In this document: one piece after another, positions 11,818 through 23,733 of the stretch
Position numbering within the stretch: the stretch's first letter is position 1
Layout of the letters: each line of letters begins with the position of its first letter
Assembly: GCA_001938485.1 (NCBI GenBank)
Contig: MQRK01225091.1
Span: forward strand, 1-64,000
Direction of reading: 5' to 3'
DNA length: 64,000 nt
Source: Girardia tigrina
Taxonomy: Eukaryota
Made by a program: the position numbers and the translations under genes
Notes under the pieces: model-generated
Databases searched by the model: none
Told to the model about the DNA's origin: nothing
What the model saw: only the letters and a program-made list of their open reading frames with translations

Positions 11818-13135
11818 GTTAATCAAGGAGTCAACAAAACCGCAGAAATCTGGTGATCGAGATGAGCGAGTCGAGGAGCGCGGATGATGGCAGTAAGATT
11901 ACGTTGAATTTGAACCCCCGCGTCCCGCAGATCATTCCCCAGTACCAACACACCGCGGGCATCACGCTGCGCCCGCTCTCCCACCAACAAATTGTGTTCA
12001 TATTTTTTTATAAAAACTTTTTATTGTTTTCAAAATGTATTTATTGACTAATTTATGTATTCAAGTTAATTAATTTTACAATATTTGTTTATCCTTCTAG
12101 TGTTTTGTTTCACCTATCATCTTTTCTCCTAAAAACATTAAAGCACTTTTAAGGAAAAAGACTGTCAAGCATGTCGAGAATTGATTGAAAAAATCGACTC
12201 TGATTGACAACAATCTTCCATTTTCTTATATTAATAAAATTAACTCAAATATTACGTGTTTTCATGTCTCATGAAATTTAAAAAAAGCAAAAGGATAATT
12301 ACCTTCAACTTGGTGTTAAAGATCTATCATAAATCTATTGACACACGACTATAAATAAAGATTCCTGTACAGAATCGTCAGGGTAAACAAGAAACTGTCT
12401 CAGAATATACATTAAGCAAAGGAAAGTGAGGATTACCTGACGCTGAAATCAAGAAAGAAGTAGGAACTACGAAACATTAAATCAAAGACTAATTCACTGG
12501 ATATGCTGAAGGAAACAACAATTTATACTGAATAAAATGGTCATCAGCAATCAAAACCAGGGCAACAAGGCCAAGCGATCCTACTTGGTTACCTGCAAAG
12601 CAGTATAAGGCAAACATCCTGAAAGGCGTCCTAAATCTCTAATGGAAAGTTCATCAGCATCTGGACATTAAATAATAAATCACTACTTTTCATAGTCGTA
12701 TTTCCATCCGATGAGATGCAAATCCTATGACAATCAGGACACTCTCGAAGTATGGCTGAAAATTCACTTCGACACCAAATTAGGCGAAATGGCATTAATT
12801 TATCCAGTCATGTGTCCGTATGTCGTTTCTATCGTAATTCATTTCGAAAAAGACGAAGAAAAAATATATTTAATATTTCGTGTCATAGAAACGTAACTAC
12901 TAAAGAATAAAAACCCACAATCATTTCATTCCGGCAGTATAGTTATATCACTTCAGGACATATGCTTCAACAAAGCAACCAAATTGAATTTAAATTTCAT
13001 AATAAAAAGCTTAATTTTCAATAAGTTCCTTGAAAAATATTTTTTGAAGAAACCCTCCCGTCAACGTCGTCCATAAATTTCTAAGGTTTGACTGCAATCA
13101 ATGTCATAGTTTCTGAGTTCATACGGAGTACACAC

Positions 13136-13187
<52 letters not shown>

Positions 13188-13237
13188 NNNNNNNNNNNNN
13201 NNNNNNNNNNNNNNNNNNNNNNNNNNNNNNNNNNNNN

Positions 13238-13634
13238 AATATGATTAGATGAATCACCTTGCACGTTTAAGCATGGTTTATGATGCTTTATTAACAATGC
13301 TTCGGCGATAATCCTTTCATAATTTGTGTCAAAATTATTTAAAATCACTTTAAAATCTTTATTGTAATCCATAAGATTACCTTTACATCTTTTAATATGG
13401 CTCAATATCGAACTATTTGCTGAACATACTCAATCGAGTAGAAATAGTTCGATATTGAGCCATATTAAAAGATGTAAAGGTAATCTTATGGATCACAATA
13501 ATGATTTTAAAGTGATTTTAAATAATTTTGACACAAATTATGAAAGGATTATTGCCAAAGCATTGTTAATAAAGCATCATAAACCATGCTTAAACGTGCA
13601 AGGTGATTCATCTAAACATATTAAAGTTTTTTAA
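13238..13634. mobile_element. Penelope-like 3' fragment with inverted pseudo-LTR (palindrome)
   Basis: Arms ~13247-13418 and 13442-~13613 are near-perfect reverse complements. Plus-strand 13419-13634 reads AEHTQSSRNSSILSHIKRCKG...DFKVIL...ERIIAKALLIKHHKPCLNVQGDSSKHIKVF* (GIY-YIG C-terminus). (TA)n lies on both sides. Confidence 0.9.
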
Positions 13635-14650
13635 AATATCATTAAAAATATTTTTCTTTTTTTTTAAGAAAAGAAAAAAAAGTATGTTTTTGAGATATAT
13701 ATATATATATGTATATATTCATTTTAAATAGTAAGATAAAAGTTAAAATTTACAAAAGTGTTTCTTTATTTTTCCACAATTAACCATTGTTTAATTTATA
13801 ATAATTTCTTCTGTAATTTATTTTTAATTGACTTTTATTGAAGAAAAACATTCATCATTTTTTTCTGAAAATTAATTAAAAATGTAGAAAAATAATTTGT
13901 TTTCATAATAAATCGGCATAATTTGCAAATAAACGTGCTTCAATGATTGAGACCGCAAGGAAAAAAAAATTATGCTCCATAATTATGATTGTATTATTCA
14001 AACCTGTAATTTATAATTTATTATTCCCCTACTTGAAACACAGTACAAATTATACAGGATTTTATAAAAATTAATTTTCTTCATCATTTTTTTATAACCT
14101 TTTATCGAAGTTATTGAATTTCAAATTGTTTTTAATTAAAATGTAATTGATCGTTACGGAGAGTAAATAATTTACTTTGTAGAAATAACAATTAGAACAA
14201 CCCACAGCTTTAAATAAAAATATTTTTAATCTTTGATGTTAGAAAGGAAACATTGAGAACACTTCCTTTTTAGATTTAATAAAATAAAGCGAATACATTT
14301 TCTAAAATCAATTTGTATAAAATATACATTTATATAACCTTACTCTCCTAACATGAAGGGCAAAAAAAGTTCACGCTTTCAAATTTATAGACTACAAGTT
14401 TTTTGCAAAGTATTTTTTAATAAAAGATCAGTAAAATAAATTGTAATTTTTCAGTAAAAAAATATATTATATGGGTAAAATATAGGTAAAATAAATAGTT
14501 CTTGCTCATTAAAAAAAGTTTTCGCCCATTATTCTTTTATTTTATTTTAGTAAAAGTTAAAAAATACATTAAATTTAAATGAATTATTTTCAGTAGAATA
14601 AAAAAAATTCAGTATTTTTATTTTATATTAGTTTGTTAATAATACTCGAG

Positions 14651-14780
14651 TCACTTTTTTGGTCGAACTCTTACTCTTTTCTTGACAATTGCTTTTTGCT
14701 TTGCACTTGCTGGAGGTTTCACATATTTTAAGCACATTAGCAAGACAATTACATGCTTGCACTTGTATTGCTTTAATATA
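14651..14780 (-). pseudogene. MULE (Mutator-like) transposase C-terminal SWIM/AT-hook fragment
   Basis: LKQYKCKHVIVLLMCLKYVKPPASAKQKAIVKKRVRVRPKK, with a SWIM-type CKH and a degenerate KRGRP. Confidence 0.7.
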
Positions 14781-14799
14781 TGAAATTTATTATTATTAT

Positions 14800-15307
14800 T
14801 ATTAAGAACACCAACATGGGTTTTCGAACTTTTATTTTCAATACAATCAGAATTGTCTTTTGGACAACTCTCAGCAAAACTCTCGTCATTCGACATCGAT
14901 CTAAATTGATGAATTTTAGTTAATGTATTTTAATAAACAATTTTTTCATTATTTTCAAATTTTATTTTTAAAGTTCAAATTTTGTAATTTTAGTAATAAT
15001 TTTATCTACATATTAATTTTATTTAAAAAAATGATTTTATGTAAAGAAAGAACATTTATTTAATTTAAAACTTAGTTAAAACTATTTACTTTATATAAAT
15101 TTTGAATATGAAAATTTGAAACGATTTAATATTTTTAAAGTTTTTTAAATATCTTATGCTGTACTTTAAAATGCAAATTATACTCAAATAATTATCTATC
15201 GTGAACATCTAAAATATCAATTTTCCATCTGGGTGGGAGAAACACATTTCCAAATACTAAACTCAACATACAAAATGCAACATAACAAATTTAAAATATT
15301 CCTCACA
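14800..15307 (-). repeat. TGTGAGG-family dispersed repeat, copy A (Cys-rich ORF start at 14896)
   Basis: Begins tgtgaggaatatt, carries tgtgtttctcccacccagatgg, then MSNDESFAESCPKDNSDCIENKSSKTHVGVLNN. Closely similar to 27968-28503 and 29028-29539. Confidence 0.85.
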
Positions 15308-15631
15308 ATTATTTTTATATATGAAATTGTATACGCCATCTTGCCATGAATGGGAGTCGTGACTATTGTGAACTTTCTAAACTACAAAATTTAGGTTCTA
15401 GGTGCTTTGACCACAGGTGCTTTGACCATAGGGGCTTTGTCCATAGGGGTTTGTCCACAGCGGAGATTTGACCATAGGGGTTTGTCCACAACGGGTGTTT
15501 GACCACAGGGGGTTTGACCATAGTTGATATATATATATATACACTATATGAGAACAAAGAATTTGTTTGTTTTTGATCCCCATTAAGGCTAGTGCCAGGC
15601 CTACTAGATTTAATATTAAACAGAAAGTATT

Positions 15632-16190
15632 CACATACATCATCATCAGCAATATTTGGAAATTTAGTATTTTAATATTTGTATAGTTCTCCATGATTTT
15701 GGCTTGTGTGGGCTAGAATCTAATATTTTAATTGTTATTAATAATATGATTTTAAAATGTATATTAAGTTTAAATAGAATATTTTTTTAATGTATTTTAT
15801 TTTATTAAAGTATTATTGGGTAATAATGGAAAAAATATTTTAATTAAAAATTTTAAGTATTGAAATGACCTTAATGGGCAAAGTAAACTAATTTCAAATT
15901 TAAAAATTTTTAATTAAAATATTTTTGCCATTATTACCCAATAATACTTTAATAAAATAAAATACATTAAAAAAATTCTATTTAAACTTAATAAACATTT
16001 TAAAATCATATTATTAATAACAACTAAAATATTAGATTCTAGCCCACACAAGCCAAAATCATGGAGAACTATACAAATATTAAAATGCTAAATTTCCAAA
16101 TATTGCTGATGATGATGTACGTAATCATCGAAACATGTCCAATAAATATATAAAAGAAGCTTTAATCAAATTATATTTTAAAAATATTAA
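15632..16190. repeat. About 230-bp-arm inverted repeat (PLE pseudo-LTR fold-back)
   Basis: 15636-15866 is the reverse complement of 15891-16119 with few mismatches. The unit is homologous to 44276-44532. Confidence 0.9.
16101..16144 (+). ncRNA. Minimal type-I hammerhead ribozyme
   Basis: TATTG-CTGATGA-T-GATG(tacgtaat)CATC-GAAAC-AT-GTC-CAATA: helix I TATTG/CAATA, complete core, palindromic ACATGT helix III and a GUC cleavage triplet. Confidence 0.85.
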
Positions 16191-16309
16191 AAGCTGTGGA
16201 CAAACCATCTATGGTCAAACCCCCACTGTGGACAAACCTCCTGTGGTCAAACCCCCTATGGTCAAAGCACATGTGGTCAAAGCACCGCGTACCAAAATTT
16301 ATTTTCTTG

Positions 16310-17220
16310 TACGTGCAAATGTGTTCCACTTCTGCTCTTCGATGAATGTTATCACTTCAGTTACACCCCTTGGATAGTAATAAATCGTGTTACTTTCGAA
16401 CCTACATTATCCGAGTTTTATATGAAGCTTCATCCACTGATATGGTGTCGACCAATCTTGATGTTTAATTGTCCGATAGGTCAACACAACAGATTTATCA
16501 TAATGTAAATATTCATGAGACTATTTATTTTCAGTATCAAGAAACGCTTGAAAAAATCTTCCTTGCGAGGGGCTTTTCTCTACGAGTTTCCTCTTTCTTT
16601 CTTACTAAATGAAATGACTCAAAACCATTTTAGTAGTTGGTGTATTATTTCTTGCATCTTTAAATCAATTTTGATAGAATGAGAACCACATATCATTTAT
16701 ATACGAAATCACTTTCATTTTTTCCATTTTTTTATAAAACACTCAAACATACTACTACTTGATGCCAACTTAAGAATACCAAGATCTTCTTCAACTTGCT
16801 CTCCTTTGACTTAGAAAAGAAAAATTAAATGCTTAATAATATTTTATCACACAAGCATCCAACACATAATTAAAACATTTTTGCCGAATTCCTTCAAAAA
16901 GCCCCTCGTATAGCTTCCGAAGCATCGATATCAAACATTTGAAATTAGTAGGCTCTTTTGAACTATCTAAAATTGTTTGAAATATACAAATTTAAAGTCA
17001 TTCTTTCTTTCATTCAAACAAACAGCAATGTAAATCGCATGAAAGGGTCGATCGATACCAGTAATACAAATAATCAACACTGATATACCTTTCCAATTCC
17101 ACTTATATGTTGCATCAGCATCCAATTTGTTCGACTTGTAAACATTTTTAGTCAATCATTTTGTCGAAATGAATTATCTTCAAATTTAACCTCTTCATTA
17201 TCATCATCAACAAACAGCCT
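16310..17220 (-). pseudogene. MULE transposase core relic
   Basis: LDADATYKWNWKGISVLIICITGIDRPFHAIYIAVCLNE, and further downstream NNTPTT../NGFESFHLVRKKEETRRE. Many stops and frameshifts. Confidence 0.8.
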
Positions 17221-19184
17221 TGATGTTTTTATTTTTTTTCATTTTTTATTATATTAAATTCATCATATTATAACAAATAAAATTATTTAATTAATTACTG
17301 AAATTATTAAATTAATTAATCAAGAAATACATTTTTTACTGATCAAGAGCCATTTTTACAGAGCAAAAATGAAAAATAATGTCCATTTAAATACTGAGCA
17401 TTTATTAAAATATATTAATAAAATAATTAAAATACTGATAAATTGAAATAAAAAAAAATACTTACCATTAAATTATAAGCAAAATTTATAACTCGTTTTT
17501 AAATATAAATTTTTGAAAAAAATTATTAAAAAAACTTTTTTAAATCAGGAAACTCAATAAAGTATTAATTCTTCAATAATATTTTTTGTTCAGATTTTTC
17601 CAATTTTATTCGTTATTAATAAATTGCAAAAATATAAATAAAGTTAGAATTCAATATTTCTTTCATCAACGGAAATGCGGCTTGGAAAAAAAACATTACC
17701 ATAGAATGATGAAAAAATAAATTTTTGATTTTTCTTTTCTGTTTAAAAAAATTACAAATGTATATATTCTTGAGAATAATAATTCTTATATTTTATAAAA
17801 AAGAATAATTTAGAGAAATTCGTGTTCAAATTATAATAAACTGATTTTTGCTAAAAAAATCTTATTTTTTGTGAATATTTAAATAAGAGAGTTATAAACC
17901 AGATCAAAGGTTTTCCATTTTAAAATATTTTTATAAGTATAATTAAAATAAAATAGTTTGAATGATATCTTACAAAAATGTTGGTTGACTTGAAGAACAA
18001 AAGAAACTGAATTAAATTATACATGTATTTATTTATAAATGATATGGTTAATTATATAAGCATTTTGTCAAAGCAAGTTTAGATTTTTTTTCATACTTAA
18101 ATTTTATTTTACGGAAAGATCAACATTTAGATCAACATAGTTTTTTCAAGACGTAACTTCTCTTTCTTTCAATATACGTTTCCCCTAACTACAGTCAAAA
18201 AAATGTTTTAAAAGAAGAAACATTTGTCATTAAAAGAAGAATTACAAGTATTTTGCCTGATAGAAATGTAGAGGATGAGTTTTTGGTCTTAAAATAATAA
18301 TTAACTAATAGATTTTTTTTACGTATTTGTCATGTTATATAAATTTTAAACAACTATTTTTAAAAGATTTGACACAATATAGAATATCGGTTTATATTAG
18401 GACAAACTCAAAATGTGTCAGAAGTTTTTGGACAAAAGTTCATCAAGATCCTAAACAAGATTTAGTAGTAACGCGCCTTTTAAATTGTTTTAAATATATC
18501 TCATTAAAATTCAGAAAGTTTGAGACGAAATTTATAATCCGTTTACTAATATAGAAATTGTAAAAATTCTGATATCTACAACAAAATAAAAAGAATCACA
18601 ACTTATATTTAATAGCTAAACTATAAAAAATATTTATTTTAAAAAACGCACATATATTGTTATTGATTCGGCAAGGAAAACTGTTGAGGCCCCAAAGATT
18701 GACGGCATTCTGCTGGATTTAAATATCAGATCAGGGTCTCATCTGAAATGATGTTTCCTAATCGACTGGACAAGGACAATTTCTGAAGTTAGACTTTGAA
18801 AGGATAGCAATTTTCTACAATTTAATGGATTTGGAGTTGAGATTTCGTGTCCACGACTCAAAACTGTTATCTCATTGAGTCAGTTAGAGTTGTAAAATGA
18901 CCGGAAAAATAAAGGAAGCATTTTAGTATGTGTTTTAATGGGATCCAATTAAAAGATTTTACTGAATAGTTTGATGTTAATTACTGATTTCGATAGTCTG
19001 GTCTTTGGAGTGATGTTTTCGCATATAAAACTGTCAAAAAGAAGTTTTTCTAGCTGGAAATAATGGTAAAAGTTTGGATATTCCGGAATCTTCAAATTAA
19101 TAATTGGTTTTTTTAAACAATTCCTGATTAAAAAAGTTAAATCAAATAAATTATAATTAGTGAGGAATCCATAAAAAGTATTTA

Positions 19185-19646
19185 TTATGAAAAAATATTA
19201 AAAGAATCATAATTATTAACAACATCACAATTTGAATGTAAACATTTATTTTCAATACAAACAGATTCTTCACAACAATTCTCAGAGGTCATCTTTCTTT
19301 GATTGATATAGTTTTTTGTTAATATATTCAAATCTAAAAAAACAATGAATGGGAAATTTTTTAATATTAACTTTTAATTTCTCATAATTTTATTGGATAA
19401 AAGTCATTACGTAATTTTTTTAAATAAACATTAATTTTTAAAATATATTAAATTTCATAAGTTAAAATCGTTTACTGAAATTATTAATGAAATTCATAAT
19501 TATCAAACTTTAATTAATTAGTACTTAAAATTAATATCATTAGATTCAAATAATAATAAACATATCAATCCCATCTGAGTAGGAGAGTCACAAATCTAAA
19601 CAGCATAAAAACAACAAACTTACAACATTCCAAATTATCCCTCACA
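19185..19646 (-). repeat. TGTGAGG-family copy D with Cys-rich ORF 19185-19292
   Basis: tgtgagggataat...tgtgactctcctactcagatggg; ORF MTSENCCEESVCIENKCLHSNCDVVNNYDSFNIFS*. Confidence 0.7.
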
Positions 19647-19950
19647 ATAATATTATGACAAAACGAAAAAAAACACAAATTTGAATTTCAATTATAAAGA
19701 ATAATAAAAATAAGCAAAATATACATTTATAATAAACAAAATTTAGACACAATTTCCGCTTCTTTTCCTAATTTAACAATCATTTTATAACAAAATTATT
19801 GTTAATGAATTTTGACCTTTACTTTAAATATATTATTATTTTACGTTAATTTTAAATTCAAAAAATAATATTTAATTCAACTTTAATTTTAAATCTTTTC
19901 AAAAACTAAAATGAATATTTTTTTAATATTTAAAATTTTTCGAAAAACCA

Positions 19951-20214
19951 GGTCTCAAGACAAAAATGAATTTTAAATCAGCTTATATAAGCTAGCAGTG
20001 ATTATGTCATCATTGGATTATTATGTCATTTAAACAAGCTTAATAGAGTTTTTGAGAGATCGATTTGGACATTAATCATAGGATCTAAAGATCTGATATA
20101 AAGTGCTTCACATGCCACCCTCTCCCAATAGTTCTTAAAACGAGCAATCTATTGATGACATAATTCCTGCTTACCGATATAAGCAAATTTAAAAGTAATT
20201 TTTTTCTTGAGACC
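19951..20214 (-). mobile_element. Penelope-like 3' fragment with inverted repeat
   Basis: Minus 20026-20148 reads IARFKNYWERVACEALYIRSLDPMINVQIDLSKTLLSLFK*. 19951-20012 and 20153-20214 are diverged inverted copies. Confidence 0.8.
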
Positions 20215-20589
20215 TATTGATGACTGTTATAACATCTTAAAAAATAAAAATTTATTTTTTTTATAAATTGCGTATTTAATTTACCATAAATTTTAAATAT
20301 TTAATTCTTTTTACCTAGATTTATTCTTTTGTAAATTTATTTTAAATGTTAAATTATTGAATCTCGATCAGCTGAATGAAAATTAACAAATTTCTCATAA
20401 AGATAAAAGTATAAATTTGGAAAAATTATTTCTAATTGTTAGATGAATTTTAATTTTCAAAAAATATTTATTAATGCAACAAAAAAATTATTAAAACAAA
20501 TTTTCGTTTTTATTTTATTATGTTTTTTAAATTTTCTAGATATATATTTTTTCTAGATTTATATTTTTCGTTAATTGATTTACATTTTG

Positions 20590-20895
20590 ATTATTTCGTG
20601 GGGGACCCCTTGACCACGTTTATTTTTCTTGTTTATTTTCTAAATAATTGAGGTTCAGGGCCCATTTCGAGTGTTGTTTGGGTAAGATTCACTTTAATGA
20701 AACGACCTTGTATTCGATCGTTATTTTGTCTTTACGATGCGCATTGCCGGAGCGGAATATTTCATTCTATAGGAAACATGTTCTTTCAGTCGTAAAATCT
20801 TGGCCATGTTTTTAAACACTTCCTCTGCTGTACGACCAAGTTTGAATTAGTGGACCAAAATGAAGTTTTCTTCACACTTTTAAACATTTTAATTT
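20590..20895 (-). pseudogene. Highly degenerate mariner transposase N-terminal fragment
   Basis: FKLGRTAEEVFKN...FRSGN...(W)VPHEI across frameshifts. Confidence 0.55.
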
Positions 20896-21584
20896 GTTCT
20901 TAAAATCAATAGCTTTTACAGAAAATACCCTACCAAGCGAATAATTTATTTAAATTCTCCTGAGAATATATAATAAATAAAATCCATATAATATCTACAT
21001 TTATAGGTTTTTTAAATAAATGACAAAACTTTAGTTCTTGTCTAATAAAAATTCAAAGCAGACTTGTCTAAATGTTCCTAATAGTAACATAGGGATATTA
21101 TTTACCATGTATCATTAAGAACTTCAAATTCAATTATAAGGCTCCTCCGATATGACGGGTAACTGAGTTTCGACGTTTACAGTAAACTACAGTACCAGCA
21201 TTGTAATACAGGGTACTGGAACATAGACTCTGTATCGGCTAGGAACCATAAATAGATAATATAGAGCCTATTGACTTTCTTTCACGGCTTTAGATGCAAA
21301 TATTCAAAAATATTTTCATTGCCCGTGTCTCTATATAGTTCAGTGGTTTTCAGAAAACGAAGATTAAGGATTTGATGAACCAAAAGATAGAATGGATTCA
21401 ACTTCCTTTTTTAATTAATAAAATTAATACATTCGAACTCTGGTTTAACGAAAAACATGAGGATTGAGAAAATATTCGTTAAAACGGGGTTTGACTGTAA
21501 TGGCCGATCGCTCCCAATTTTATTGAGTATTCATTTTTAACATTTAAAGAATAAAAATCCATATACTTTATCGAAAACATTTTG

Positions 21585-21868
21585 TTAATCAAGACACAAA
21601 AATCCGTCCATTATGGCTTTACGTCGTCGACCTAAGGCAGATTTCATCAGACTTGCTTCCAAATCTACGACTAAAATGTTACCGGATATGCCGTGTTCAC
21701 TGCAAAACTGACAGATCCCAGAGAGACCAGCAATTGCTTCAGATAGTGATACTGATTGTTGTTGGAAGAACATCTTCTCCTTCGTCATTTTCACTTCCAG
21801 CCTGTTTCATCATCAGTAAGAATTTCTTCCATCACAATATCTTCATCGATGTTAACAAATTCTTCCAT
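21585..21868 (-). pseudogene. pogo/Tigger-like transposase C-terminal fragment
   Basis: MEEFVNIDEDIVMEEILTDDE, then SVSLSEAIAGLSGICQFCSEHG...RRKAIMDGFL. A Tigger-like TIR (ttcgttaaaacggggtttgactgta) lies nearby at ~21476-21499. Confidence 0.55.
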
Positions 21869-22279
21869 AGATGGTGTTGAACTAAATGTGGAACCAAAAT
21901 AAGTTATAATTCACTTACATATATTCTTAAGCTTTATTGTTAAAATTTTATATGTTTATGAAAATATCCCCTTATTTACTTATAATGTATTACATTACCG
22001 TTAATTCGAAATGAAAAACTACAATGAGTATACTCGTATGCATTTTCATTATTTTCTCAAAGGGGAAATCGTTGTTTTTAAGTTCATAAGTATACATGTT
22101 TTGTATATAAAAGTACATTCTTAAAACTTAGAAAAAGTCAAAGTTGCTTTTCTAAATATCATTGTAAAGAATTTGGTTTGAAGGATGCATCTGGTTTCAA
22201 TGACCATTTGAAGTTGGCGAAGAAAAAATAACAAAGACTGTAGAAACCTTAGATATATTCATATATGAAGATTAAAATC

Positions 22280-22765
22280 ATTTGAAGAAACTACAATTCG
22301 TCAGGAAGCTCAATTTAATATTTCAAATAATTAACGATAAAAAATAATTCATTTCCATTATATAAAACGCCGACCCTCATGGATAAAACTTTATGAGCCT
22401 ACTAACACCATATCAAAAGCAGAAATTCACCCGAGGAAGATAATGAGTAACATTTAGTGTTTTTGAACTCCTTTAGCTGAATTTATCATCAATTCAAACA
22501 TATCCGCTGGAGAAATTTGCTCCTTCCATTCAATAGAATTATCCTGAATCGGTAAATCAAAAAGGATTTGTAATTGATCATGCAAGCATTATTACTAGTC
22601 AGAAATTTTTATATTTGGGCTGAATGTTTTTTGCTGTTTCTGTCATATTTCTCAGATATGGCTTAGATGTTACTTTTACTTATTTAGATGCCTGTAAAAC
22701 TCCAAAAATCGAAACAAAATTGTCTCTCATGATTGCATCAAATCATTTTTTGATGTCATTTTTGC
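22280..22765 (+). pseudogene. Very old mariner relic
   Basis: SKAEIHPRKIMSNI*-like segment and other residual motifs; heavily decayed. Confidence 0.35.
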
Positions 22766-22769
22766 ATAC

Positions 22770-23207
22770 TGTGAGGAATATTTTGAATATTTGATGTTTT
22801 GTGTTTGAATGTGTATGTTGATTTGGAACTGTGTCTCTCCTACTCAGATGGATGATTAATGTTTTAATTCTTATTATCTAAAAATATTTAATGTTTAAAT
22901 ATTTTTTAATTTCATATAATTTTAAAATTTTAAATAAGCTAATTAATTTTTACAATTGTTAATAAATAAATCAAATTATTATTTTTTAAATAATTAAAAA
23001 TCATTTCAATTTTTATCCAATAAGTTTTGAGTAAATATTTAAATAAATTATTTATTTCTTCATTTGCTAAAAAATAATAATTATTAATGCATTAATCAAA
23101 TTAGTTTAGAATGCAATCGTATGAAAGCTTTGACAACAGATTGTCTAAAGGACAATCAAAATTGTTGTGTAAATAAAAATATGAAAAGTCAAATTGGTGT
23201 TCTTAAT
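22770..23207 (+). repeat. TGTGAGG-family copy E
   Basis: tgtgaggaatattttg...tgtgtctctcctactcagatgg. ATG at 23111 gives MQSYESFDN, then a frameshift to DCLKDNQNCCVNKNMKSQIGVLN. Confidence 0.7.
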
Positions 23208-23733
23208 ACATATAAAGACGAGATTCTTTATGAATCAGGAATAAGGAAGCTACCGATAAGATAGTAGAAAGAGATTGAAAATAGTATACAGTATATCGGG
23301 TAATCTTATCTGTACAATCGTGACATTTTTTATGATAATTGTAATGTTTTACCTTTCCAACACCAGTAAAGTAAATCAGATTCAGCACAAATAAAATATT
23401 ATATGAGTATATATGTATGTGTATATTTGTGTGAATATATATACGATTGAACAAGTGATTTCTTTAGTCGTTTTTTGTGAGATTTCGTGGATGATATTGT
23501 TTATGTTTGGTATGCGCCTCAACTTTATTTGTAGTATTTTATTTTTATATTTATTTTTTTATCTAATTATTTATTATTATTACCCGTATTTAAATAGTTA
23601 TTATCATTTACTTACCTAAAATTATCCATGGATAATGATAATTACCATGGGATAATACAACTTCAAAAATAAAATCAATAAATAATAGAATTTAAAAAAT
23701 TAATTAATAATTATTATTCGCTGTTTAATAATA

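Larger units (their letters stand above)
15394..16293. mobile_element. Non-autonomous MULE-like element with sub-repeated TIRs and 8-bp TSD, enclosing a PLE hammerhead fold-back
   Basis: Ends GGTTCTAGGTGCTTTGACCAC and (reverse complement) GGTACGCGGTGCTTTGACCAC. Tandem gtggtcaaacccc/gtggacaaacc units form inverted arrays at 15401-15522 and 16196-16290. aaaattta is duplicated at 15386-15393 and 16294-16301. Confidence 0.85.

Noticed and set aside
12360-12900. Possible gag-like (QGKQETVSEY) and mariner-like remnants
   Set aside because: Too decayed to support a call by eye.
14651-14896. 81-aa ORF as a real gene
   Set aside because: Chimera of a TGTGAGG-family peptide and a MULE transposase tail joined through an (AAT)n run.
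15363-16377. ORFs with repeated GQTP/VKPP peptides, and the possibility of a CRISPR-like array
   Set aside because: They are translations of the ~15-bp tandem sub-repeats in MULE TIRs. There are no unique spacers or cas genes, and the context is eukaryotic.
19154-19651. Copy D as a solo LTR (gtgaggaat inverted at ~19160, ataat as 5-bp TSD)
   Set aside because: Needs a 1-nt offset, the TSD is low-complexity, and other copies show no matching inverted end.
22770-22855. TGTGAGGAA / CTCCCAC / CAGATG as a Su(H) paired site plus E-box enhancer, or the reverse strand as an H/ACA snoRNA
   Set aside because: The sites deviate from YGTGRGAA and the spacing is too long and variable. There is no two-hairpin H/ACA fold.
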